From assembly GCA_000002445.1 (NCBI GenBank), contig CP000070.1:2141234-2205233 (forward strand): DNA of 64,000 bases. Reading direction: 5' to 3'. Source of the stretch: Trypanosoma brucei (Eukaryota). Of this stretch, positions 35,809-46,549 are shown one piece after another (the first letter of the stretch is position 1; the number at the start of each line of letters is the position of its first letter). The notes below the pieces were generated by a model, which saw only the letters and a list, made by a program, of their open reading frames with translations, made no database searches and was not told the origin of the DNA. The position numbers were made by a program, and so were the translations under genes.

Positions 35809-38800
35809 TAATTTTTGCTACAATGCTTTTCCTTCACGGAAGATGTGGATGCTATATTATTAAAGAAACTTGTGGGGAGAGAATGTGGTATAGGTGTGTT
35901 TAATTCCTCTGCGTTTTTGGTGCTTCTTTGCATGATCTTTTTTTTTTATTATCAAAGCGCCAACGTTGTAATAGGGGTTATAAAATAAACTCCTCATCTT
36001 TATTACACCTCACAGAAATGCGATTTAATATTGTTAGTCCCTTATTCCTCGGAGGAATGGAATGTCACGGTATCGCAATTTATGATTTTATATGTTGAAT
36101 CCTTCAACGTGCTAACACTATCATTCTCTTCACTTACTTGAACGAAAAGGGCTCTCAGGAACAAGAAGCGACCGTTTCTTTACGCGATACGGGTTTTGAC
36201 ATGATATTGCCGCGATAAATCATATTGCAAAAATTACAGGTCTCCAATATGTCGCAGTCTAAATAAACAGACTTTAATTACGCTGATGAATGTAGCAAGA
36301 GAAATTGAGTGAGAATGCGTGTTGGCTTTGCATCGCGGCATTATAAGTATTACGCATCCGCGTTGGCAGAAATTAGTGCACGCACAGAGCACCTTGGCCA
36401 GCAAGTAGCGGTGACAAATTTGGGTCGATGACTGTTGGACGTGATGATCTTGCGCCTACAGAAGATTGTGCCGAGAAGCGAGATCAAATAAGCGAGTCCC
36501 TTAACAAAAGGTCGGAATGGCTCAGATTATTACTTTTCGTCCGGATTGGAAGGAGTGTGTGGTTTTTGCGTTTGGTGTGGATTACGACAAGTCGTCGGGT
36601 GGAGATCCCGGCACCGATACGGAAGCATTTCCAATGGAACAGGGACAGTGTAGCGCTCCTCGATTGGTTGGTGACACCCAAGACAGCCAAGTCCAATTCA
36701 CACCGAGCAGGTCGTTAAGTTCGCATTCGGGGATTAGGACGCTCTCGATATTACGCGACTACTCTCCACTTTGAAGTTCAAGGAACATGTAACAACGCTC
36801 ACAACAACCAAAGTCGAACGTATTCTGACTTCATGGGAGGTGATGACGCACCCCGTTAGAAGAGGGGCCTTTACAGCATGCTGCAGCCACAATTTGTGGA
36901 AGAACATAGCATGGATCCTCACATTATTCCCCAACTGATTAAGCACATCTATCCGTTCCACTTGCCGAGGAACACTGTCAGCCACTTGGATAAATACACC
37001 GCCATGTTGACTAATATGTAGAATATAGTCTCTATGATGTAACCCATGTCTTAGATGAAGGATAAGAGCCATGGGAGCCGCCAGGGCGTTGTCCCTTCAA
37101 GACGCACGGTTATACGATAACAAGGAGGGCGCACGCCACACGCCTGTTGAATACGCAGGACAAGGCTTCCATTCCTTTACAGCAAGTGCACGTCCCGCTG
37201 CTGGAGATATATTGAATCATTTCTCGCTTAAATTCGAGTGTGGAATGTAGATTTCAACATCTCTGGGGACTGATCGGACTGAGACCAAAAGGGACCAGTG
37301 AAAGGAGCCCTCAGGTTATTTCCATCGGCGATGATCGTTTACTTTGGAAGGTCGGTAGCGTAAAGGATGCCTCTTCCGCACCAACAGGAGCTCGGGTCAT
37401 CCCTCTTCTCAATTGCAGAGGATAAACTCTCCAACGAGCGTCGCTGGTGAATTGCGGGGCCTCAAGAGAAATAACAAAAGCGGATGAACCTTACGAGGCA
37501 ATTGTTCCTTTTGGAACACATTTCAAAATACCTCCATGCGGTTACTATCCTGAGTTGTCGACTTTTTCTGTCTGTTTTTTTTTTATTTTTTCTTAGAGGC
37601 GTTACGTCGTCGTCTTTTGCCTCGGACAGAGAACTTGTCCCCGCTACAGAGGCCGCTTTGTTGCCACTGTCCGCACTTGGTTTAGTAAGCGGGTATTGCT
37701 TTTTTGCCTGTTTAAAAATAAGAAACGCACGGTTACACCCAATTGGGAACCCGCAGTTGATTTGGTCACAGATGGCTCTTTGAGGGGTTGTGGGTCTGGG
37801 GCATGTCCTCTTATTGGATTCCGGTGAGGTGAAAATAATGTTATGTGGTGTAGTTGGTTTAAGTTCCCTTTTCTTATCATGCAGGCTCAGGCCCGTGTCC
37901 TCCGACTCTCCTCAGTAGCATTCGTGGAATCCTTTCCCCCTGAGTATTGACATTTGGGTTGATAATACATTCCTGTAAGGCGCGGAAACAAAAGGAAACA
38001 CAAAAGCCTACGGTCTTTCCGTGGCCATGGATGAGATGTTTATGATATTTGGTTCCCACAACATTAGCACAAATTACTCGTTTAACCGCTCCGTCAGCAA
38101 ACCGGCGGTCGGCTCCCGCGGAGGCACACGGTTTAACTGTGCAAAGTTAGTGAAAGAGTGCAACTTACAAAAGGAAGTGGCGGTGTCCCGAGGCTTTTGG
38201 GGACCACATGAACTGCCCTTTCACAAGTCTACTGTGAAATAAATATTCCGCTGCTGCTTGCCACCTAAGTTTGTGTCAGATGGGTATTGATGATTATAGA
38301 TTTAGTTTGCAACTCCTTGTTCCCCTCTATTTCATTTTCTTCCTCCATACATTAAGAGATCAAACAACTCCGAAATCCATATTCTCATCAACATTATTGT
38401 CTGTACGGTGGTTCTGTGAAGTTTTTCACTTCTAATGTGTTGTTACCAGTTGCGTTCATACACCTAAGATGTGTACGTTAAGAAGGTGAAGCGTGTGAAG
38501 TGGACGTTGCCACAAAGTAAAACTATCATCTGGTGCTGATTCAACGTGTTTGCTTCAATCCCTTTTTACATCTCCCCTGTGGATATTTTGGTTTGTGAGA
38601 GGTATCTCTCAAATGAAACTGCTGCCGACAACTATTTGCAACATCTAATACCTGTGCATAGCTTCCTGCATGTTTCCGTATGCTTCTTGTAACTTTCCTC
38701 ATATTCCCTCGTACCCGTTCTCTCTCTTTTACCTTTAGACAACCAAGGAATATGAAGCTGAGCAATGTCTGCCATGCTGTTGTCAGTTGAATGTTAACTG

Positions 38801-39161
38801 TGACTGCTAGTGTGCTTTGTTTTTGTTACTGGAATCCAGTCTATGATATTATAATGCTCCATTTACGCATTTACTCTTATGCCTAGTGATGTTTTATGTT
38901 TTTATATCGGATACATGAATGATGTGTGTGTGTGGGAATGTGTGTTGAACTACTTTCACACTGTTGTGGTTTGTATAATGTTATCCACTACAGTAGTTCC
39001 CTTTCCTACACTCTTATATACAATTATCATATGGAGTCTTATTGTGCCACAATCCAACATATCTGTACATATGCAGTCTATTAATCCTGCACCAATACTT
39101 TGTTATTATGCCGTTTTTGTCCTGTAGTTTGAAAGTTGAATTACGTTGAGTTACCAGTATT

Positions 39162-42100
39162 ATGGTTATCTTCATGCGTGAATTGTATGTTAGGGATGGC
39201 GTAGTCACTTGCGTAGTGTTTTCTTTGTTACTACAGGTGCTGACTGCATCATCACTTGCAAGTGGTGAAATACAGGTAAAGGTATACAACATGTTATACA
39301 GTGGCAAGATTTCAGCAAAGGTATATGATCCTATTACTGCAGGCTTCAACGCATCTCTTACCAACGGAAAGTCGCCTTCAGGTGGTAAAGTGACAGTCAT
39401 ATATGTTCCACCTAAGAATGATTCAGATTATGTTGAACATCTGGAGAAAAACATGTCATTTGGCAATAACAACGAAATATCTGTTGTGCTGGGACCTGTG
39501 GGTGACAAAAACACTCTCAACTTAACCGAATATTTCAAAGAAAAAAAGGTGATTGGTTTCTCACCCTTCACAGGATCCAGTAAGGTACGCAGTTGGAATC
39601 CTAATCTGTACTTCCTGACGGCATCACCCGCTGCTGAGATGCTTGCTCTTCTCCGTTATGCTATCACTCAGTTACGGTTACATCGACTGGGTTTCATGTA
39701 CTTGAAAAATGTTTCTTATGGTGATGATGAATATGAACTTGCTGTGGAATTGACAACAAGGATGGATCGCAAACTGTGTGGTGTTTTTGCATTGAATAGT
39801 CAACTTCGTGAGGAATCGGATGTTAGTACCTTCACTGCGGAATGGGATAGGTTTGCCGATACTCGACCCCAGGGTGTGATTGTATTTGGCTCTCCAATCC
39901 CTGATACGAAGAGATTCCTGGTGAAATCATTAGAAGATGAAAGGACAAAAAATGGATATTTGCTCATACCCTCTACACTCCAATATGTGATCGACAACAA
40001 GTGGTCAGAAGAATTGAATAGGAGCAAATTTCCAGCCGATAAGACAATAATAACAGGGACTAATCCACTTGCGAAGGATGATGGCTATGATGCAATTAAA
40101 CGTTTTAACAGAGAAATGGCTAAGTTCCTGGAGGACAACAAAAATAATTTTTCGCATGACAAATGGAATGTTACCCTAGATGTTAACGAAAATAACTTCA
40201 CCGAGCAAGACACTGATGCTGAGCTGATGGTGAGTGGATGGATTGCTGGAGAGGTATTGAAGCAAGCAGTGAGCTGTCGCGAATGGCTAACTAACAGGGA
40301 TGTATTTATGAAATCACTTTACAATCAGCGTCGTTATGTAATTGATGATCTTGTGGTTGGTGACTTTGGTGGTGAGTGCCAAGGCATGGCGGGTGAGCGA
40401 GGTGCATCATGTTTATGTAACCAAGGTGGGAATGTGGTGTACATGAAGAAGATAGGAAAGGATCATCGGCTACATCCCATGAAGGAAGGTGCATTAACTC
40501 TTACTTCATCTCGCTGTTATCGAGACCTGTCACAGCTGTACGCCCCATTGAGTGGCATCGTGTTTAATATAACTGACAACCCTAAGGTGCTGCGGACTGC
40601 AGAGGCAATATACGATGGTGCCTCTTATGTTGTTGGAAAGGGTCAACTGGGTCACTCTGATAGATTCTTTTTGCACTGGCTATCCTCGGAATCTCATGAT
40701 ACTTCTACAACTCTGTATGATGAAGTGAAGGAGCGAGTTGTAACTGCTGTGTTTGGTGTTGTGGATGATTCGTTACTGCGGACGAAGGGTATGACATTCA
40801 TCGATCCTATAATACTCACACCACAGCTGAGTGACCCCAGAAGGAATGTGATTCACCTGTCACCAACACTTGAGCAGCAACTATTCGTGATAGCTGAGCA
40901 TATCATACAAAATGGTACAGGAAAGATGCACGCCATTGTGCGTGGTGGTGATGCGAAAGGCATTGGCGATATGCTGAACAAAACCCTTGACTACTTTTTC
41001 GGTTCACTAAGCTCTCTTTCTGCGATTGGTGAGGGTTCTATTTTGAGAGACAAGCTACCGACTGCAGGTGAGGTGTTAGTTGCAGGTCTCACCTCAGATG
41101 ATATTCCAATAATCCTCTCTCACCTTGGCAAACACCATAAGGTGCGTATCTTTGTCCCGTTCTTTGATGTTGCGTTACTCTATGATGAACTTGTGAATGC
41201 CTTCCGTGACAAGCCATTTGCTGACCGTCTGCTATTCGCGACGAATCTGCCGCATTGGAGGGATAAGAACACGGGATCCGATATGGTACGTGAGTTCCAC
41301 AATGTTGTACAGAATGAGTCGAAGTGGAAGCCATTGTCATTACTTGGATATGCCACTGCACGTGCAATGATAAATGTGCTGCAACGTATGGGACATGTAA
41401 CGCCGGAGGAGCTTGTAGACGCCATCTTCGGTCAGTCTGTCATTACAGTTGATGATATGCGATATGGTCCTTTTGAAGACAAGTGTACTAACGGAGTTTC
41501 ATCTGAAGAGAAACACTGTGCTGTGAACTATGGTGCAACGCATATTTCTGTATGGTCGATGTCACGTGTTCTGAATCCTTCCGTGTCTCCTGTAGTGAAT
41601 TCTATCACACCATCAATGAAGTATAATGAACCAAAATGGATTCGACTAATAAATAAGCATATTGGTGCTGTGGCAGCTGGCTGCATTGTTCTGTTGGCGC
41701 TGTTTGTTACGGTTCTGGCACTTATTGTAAAGGCATCACGCCGTAACGCACGTGACAATAATAATGCTCCCAAGGAACCAACAGACCCCGTAACATTAAT
41801 ATTCACTGACATCGAGAGCAGTACAGCGCAGTGGGCAGCACACCCTGAGCAAATGCCTGACCTTGTGGCAACACATCACCGTTTGATCCGCTCCCTCATC
41901 ACACGGTATGAGTGCTACGAAGTGAAAACTGTTGGAGACTCTTTTATGATCGCATGTAAAAGTCCATTCGCCGCCGTCCAACTCGCATGTGACTTGCAAC
42001 GTGATTTTCTAAACCATGACTGGAATACCACTGAGCTTGATGAATCTTACCGTGAATTCGAACGGCAGCGTGCGGAAGATGACAGTGATTACACGCCACC

Positions 42101-42893
42101 AACTGCGAGCCTGGACCCTGAGGTTTATCGGCAACTGTGGAATGGGTTGCGTGTACGTGTAGGGATTCATACTGGATTGTGTGATATTCGTCATGATGAA
42201 GTAACGAAGGGTTACGACTATTATGGACGCACATCCAACATGGCAGCACGCACGGAGAGTGTTGGTAACGGTGGTCAGGTGCTGATGACGCGCTCAACAT
42301 ACCTGTCACTGAGTGGTGAGGAGCGTGAGCAAATTGATGTAACGCCTTTGGGTGATGTGCCGCTACGTGGTGTGCCGAAGCCTGTGGAAATGTACCAGTT
42401 GAATGCTGTACCTGGCCGCAACTTTGCTGCATTACGGCTTGACCGTGAAGCTGAGGAGGAAGAAGATAATGGAACTGGTAGTATCACTAGTGAGTCAGGA
42501 TCCCTCGCACATGGTTTAACTGCCACTGCCCAACAAGTTGCTGGTTGTATTGACGCTCTGCTTGGCACATTCCCTGCTGCCCAACGACAGAAGATGCTTG
42601 CAACTTTTTGTGAGCGTTGGCGTGTTAAGAAACCCCCAGGTGTGGATAGTTGGAATGAAGCCAGTTGTCGCTCTGTTACTCGTCGGATTGCTGCGAAGGT
42701 GGGTTGTGTTATGGATTTTGGAACGAGAAATACCTCTGGTAGCGTGGCTTCCTTTGAAAGGGGTGGAAGTCTCTTCTCACCTGGAGGAGTTGCTGCTGTA
42801 ATGCTTGCCTCATCCTCAAGCTCTTCCTGCGTTGCGGGACGCTGTGGTACCGTACAATTGATTGACCCAGAAAGTGCTAGCGCCGCCAGCTAA
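39162..42893 (+). CDS. GRESAG4: Receptor-type adenylate cyclase GRESAG4, tandem copy 1, 1243 aa
   Basis: Signal peptide, large ectodomain, a TM segment (IGAVAAGCIVLLALFVTVLALIV), then a class III cyclase domain (FTDIESSTAQWA, KTVGDSFMIACKSPF, GIHTGLCDIRHDEV, YYGRTSNMAARTES). A polypyrimidine tract (39098..39124) with an AG at 39126-39127 lies 34 nt upstream of the ATG. Confidence 0.92.
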   Translation: MVIFMRELYVRDGVVTCVVFSLLLQVLTASSLASGEIQVKVYNMLYSGKISAKVYDPITAGFNASLTNGKSPSGGKVTVIYVPPKNDSDYVEHLEKNMSFGNNNEISVVLGPVGDKNTLNLTEYFKEKKVIGFSPFTGSSKVRSWNPNLYFLTASPAAEMLALLRYAITQLRLHRLGFMYLKNVSYGDDEYELAVELTTRMDRKLCGVFALNSQLREESDVSTFTAEWDRFADTRPQGVIVFGSPIPDTKRFLVKSLEDERTKNGYLLIPSTLQYVIDNKWSEELNRSKFPADKTIITGTNPLAKDDGYDAIKRFNREMAKFLEDNKNNFSHDKWNVTLDVNENNFTEQDTDAELMVSGWIAGEVLKQAVSCREWLTNRDVFMKSLYNQRRYVIDDLVVGDFGGECQGMAGERGASCLCNQGGNVVYMKKIGKDHRLHPMKEGALTLTSSRCYRDLSQLYAPLSGIVFNITDNPKVLRTAEAIYDGASYVVGKGQLGHSDRFFLHWLSSESHDTSTTLYDEVKERVVTAVFGVVDDSLLRTKGMTFIDPIILTPQLSDPRRNVIHLSPTLEQQLFVIAEHIIQNGTGKMHAIVRGGDAKGIGDMLNKTLDYFFGSLSSLSAIGEGSILRDKLPTAGEVLVAGLTSDDIPIILSHLGKHHKVRIFVPFFDVALLYDELVNAFRDKPFADRLLFATNLPHWRDKNTGSDMVREFHNVVQNESKWKPLSLLGYATARAMINVLQRMGHVTPEELVDAIFGQSVITVDDMRYGPFEDKCTNGVSSEEKHCAVNYGATHISVWSMSRVLNPSVSPVVNSITPSMKYNEPKWIRLINKHIGAVAAGCIVLLALFVTVLALIVKASRRNARDNNNAPKEPTDPVTLIFTDIESSTAQWAAHPEQMPDLVATHHRLIRSLITRYECYEVKTVGDSFMIACKSPFAAVQLACDLQRDFLNHDWNTTELDESYREFERQRAEDDSDYTPPTASLDPEVYRQLWNGLRVRVGIHTGLCDIRHDEVTKGYDYYGRTSNMAARTESVGNGGQVLMTRSTYLSLSGEEREQIDVTPLGDVPLRGVPKPVEMYQLNAVPGRNFAALRLDREAEEEEDNGTGSITSESGSLAHGLTATAQQVAGCIDALLGTFPAAQRQKMLATFCERWRVKKPPGVDSWNEASCRSVTRRIAAKVGCVMDFGTRNTSGSVASFERGGSLFSPGGVAAVMLASSSSSSCVAGRCGTVQLIDPESASAAS

Positions 42894-45800
42894 TATTCCC
42901 CGTACCATTGCTGTATTTGCGCTTTGCTATTGAAGTGAATGAATAAGTTGTTTTACATGACGTTTGCAAGTTTTTATTTAGATTCATTTCGTATAAAGTG
43001 ACCATTATAACTTTCCCTCCCCATTCTTGTGCATGCAATGATCTCCTCATACGGTAGATGCTTTAAATACCTTTGTACATGAAGATGCTTTTTGTTTCTG
43101 ACATGGCTACTCTACTTTTGATAACTGTATTTGAAGATCGTAAATTTTCTTTTAATTCGTATGTTGAGGGATGGAAACGCACATGTTACTATTTTACATT
43201 CTGTTTCTTTTCGTCAGTGTTAATTATTCCATTAATTTTTCAAAAAGTCGTGGAGATAATGTGGACGAGAGGTGTTTAATTCTCACTGGCTCTTCTCACT
43301 TCATTTTCTTCATATGGTCTTTGTTTGACTGATGGAGACAGTCGTGACGTTGTAATAGGGGTTATAAAATAAACTCCTCATCTTTATTACACCTCACAGA
43401 AATGCCATTTAATATTGTTAGTCCCTTATTCCTCGGAGGAATGGAATGTCACGGTATCGCAATTTATGATTTTATATGTTGAATCCTTCAACGTGCTAAC
43501 ACTATCATTCTCTTCACTTACTTGAACGAAAAGGGCTCTCAGGAACAAGAAGCGACTGTTTCTTTACGCGATACGGGCTTTGACATGATATTGTCGCGAT
43601 AAATCATATTGCAAAAATTACAGGTCTCCAATATGTCGCAGTCTAAATAAACAGACTTTAATTACGCTGATGAATGTAGCAAGAGAAATTGAGTGAGAAT
43701 GCGTGTTGGCTTTGCATCGCGGCATTATGAATAAGTATTACGCATCCGCGTTGGCAGAAATTAGTGCACGCACAGAGCACCTTGGCCAGCAAGTAGCGGT
43801 GACAAATTTGGGTCGATGACTGTTGGACGTGATGATCTTGCGCCTACAGAAGATTGTGCCGAGAAGCGAGATCAAATAAGCGAGTCCCTTAACAAAAGGT
43901 CGGAATGGCTCAGATTATTACTTTTCGTCCGGATTGGAAGGAGTGTGTGGTTTTTGCGTTTGGTGTGGATTACGACAAGTCGCCGGGTGGAGATCCCGGC
44001 ACCGATACGGAAGCATTTCCAATGGAACAGGGACAGTGTAGCGCTCCTCGATTGGTTGGTGACACCCAAGACAGCCAAGTCCAATTCACACCGAGCAGGT
44101 CGTTAAGTTCGCATTCGGGGATTAGGACGCTCTCGATATTACGCGACTACTCTCCACTTTGAAGTTCAAGGAACATGTAACAACGCTCACAACAACCAAA
44201 GTCGAACGTATTCTGACTTCATGGGAGGTGATGACGCACCCCGTTAGAAGAGGGGCCTTTACAGCATGCTGCAGCCACAATTTGTGGAAGAACATAGCAT
44301 GGATCCTCACATTATTCCCCAACTGATTAAGCACATCTATCCGTTCCACTTGCCGAGGAACACTGTCAGCCACTTGGATAAATACACCGCCATGTTGACT
44401 AATATGTAGAATATATTCTCTATGATGTAACCCATGTCTTAGATGAAGGATAAGAGCCATGGGAGCCGCCAGGGCGTTGTCCCTTCAAGACGCACGGTTA
44501 TACGATAACAAGGAGGGCGCACGCCACACGCCTGTTGAATACGCAGGACAAGGCTTCCATTCCTTTACAGCAAGTGCACGTCCCGCTGCTGGAGATATAT
44601 TGAATCATTTCTCGCTTAAATTCGAGTGTGGAATGTAGATTTCAACATCTCTGGGGACTGATCGGACTGAGACCAAAAGGGACCAGTGAAAGGAGCCCTC
44701 AGGTTATTTCCATCGGCGATGATCGTTTACTTTGGAAGGTCGGTAGCGTAAAGGATGCCTCTTCCGCACCAACAGGAGCTCGGGTCATCCCTTTTCTCAA
44801 TTGCAGAGGATAAACTCTCCAACGAGCGTCGCTGGTGAATTGCGGGGCCTCAAGAGAAATAACAAAAGCGGATGAACCTTACGAGGCAATTGTTCCTTTT
44901 GGAACACATTTCAAAATACCTTCATGCGGTTACTATCCTGAGTTGTCGACTTTTTCTGTCTGTTTTTTTTTTATTTTTTCTTAGAGGCGTTACGTCGTCG
45001 TCTTTTGCCTCGGACAGAGAACTTGTCCCCGCTACAGAGGCCGCTTTGTTGCCACTGTCCGCACTTGGTTTAGTAAGCGGGTATTGCTTTTTTGCCTGTT
45101 TAAAAATAAGAAACGCACGGTTACACCCAATTGGGAACCCGCAGTTGATTTGGTCACAGATGGCTCTTTGAGGGGTTGTGGGTCTGGGGCATGTCCTCTT
45201 ATTGGATTCCGGTGAGGTGAAAATAACGTTATGTGGTGTAGTTGGTTTAAGTTCCCTTTTCTTATCATGCAGGCTCAGGCCCGTGTCCTCCGACTCTCCT
45301 CAGTAGCATTCGTGGAATCCTTTCCCCCTGAGTATTGACATTTGGGTTGATAATACATTCCTGTAAGGCGCGGAAACAAAAGGAAACACAAAAGCCTACG
45401 GTCTTTCCGTGGCCATGGATGAGATGTTTATGATATTTGATTCCCACAACATTGGCACAAATTACTCGTTTAACCGCTCCGTCAGCAAACCGGCGGTCGG
45501 CTCCCGCGGAGGCACACGGTTTAACTGTGCAAAGTTAGTGAAAGAGTGTAACTTACAAAAGGAAGTGGCGGTGTCCCGAGGCTTTTGGGGACCACATGAA
45601 CTGCCCTTTCACAAGTCTACTGTGAAATAAATATTCCGCTGCTGCTTGCCACCTAAGTTTGTGTCAGATGGGTATTGATGATTATAGATTTAGTTTGCAA
45701 CTCCTTGTTCCCCTCTATTTCATTTTCTTCCTCCATACATTAAGAGATCAAACAACTCCGAAATCCATATTCTCAACAACATTATTGTCTGTACGGTGGT

Positions 45801-46549
45801 TCTGTGAAGTTTTTCACTTCTAATGTGTTGTTACCAGTTGCGTTCATACACCTAAGATGTGTACGTTAAGAAGGTGCAGCGTGTGAAGTGGAGGTTGCCA
45901 CAAAGTAAAACTATCATCTGGTGCTGATTCAACGTGTTTGCTTCAATCCCTTTTTACATCTCCCCTGTGGATATTTTGGTTTGTGGGAGGTATCTCTCAA
46001 ATGAAACTGCTGCCGACAACTATTTGCAACATCTAATACCTGTGCATAGCTTCCTGCATGTTTCCGTATGCTTCTTGTAACTTTCCTCATATTCCCTCGT
46101 ACCCATTCTCTCTCTTTTACCTTTAGACAACCAAGGAATATGAAGCTGAGCAATGTCTGCCATGCTGTTGTCAGTTGAATGTTAACTGTGACTGCTAGTG
46201 TGCTTTGTTTTTGTTACTGGAATCCAGTCTATGATATTATAATGCTCCATTTACGCATTTACTCTTATGCCTAGTGATGTTTTATGTTTTTATATCGGAT
46301 ACATGAATGATGTGTGTGTGTGGGAATGTGTGTTGAATTACTTTCACACTGTTGTGGTTTGTATAATGTTATCCACTACAGTAGTTCCCTTTCCTACACT
46401 CTTATATACAATTATCATATGGAGTCTTATTGTGCCACAATCCAACATATCTGTACATATGCAGTCTATTAATCCTGCACCAATACTTTGTTATTATGCC
46501 GTTTTTGTCCTGTAGTTTGAAAGTTGAATTACGTTGAGTTACCAGTATT

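Noticed and set aside
36428-36718. 96-aa ORF (plus neighbours of 85, 112, 99 and 73 aa) repeated identically at +7388 and +7391
   Set aside because: Their identity is explained by the very recent tandem duplication of the whole unit, not by selection. No protein features are present. They are probably UTR or intergenic sequence.
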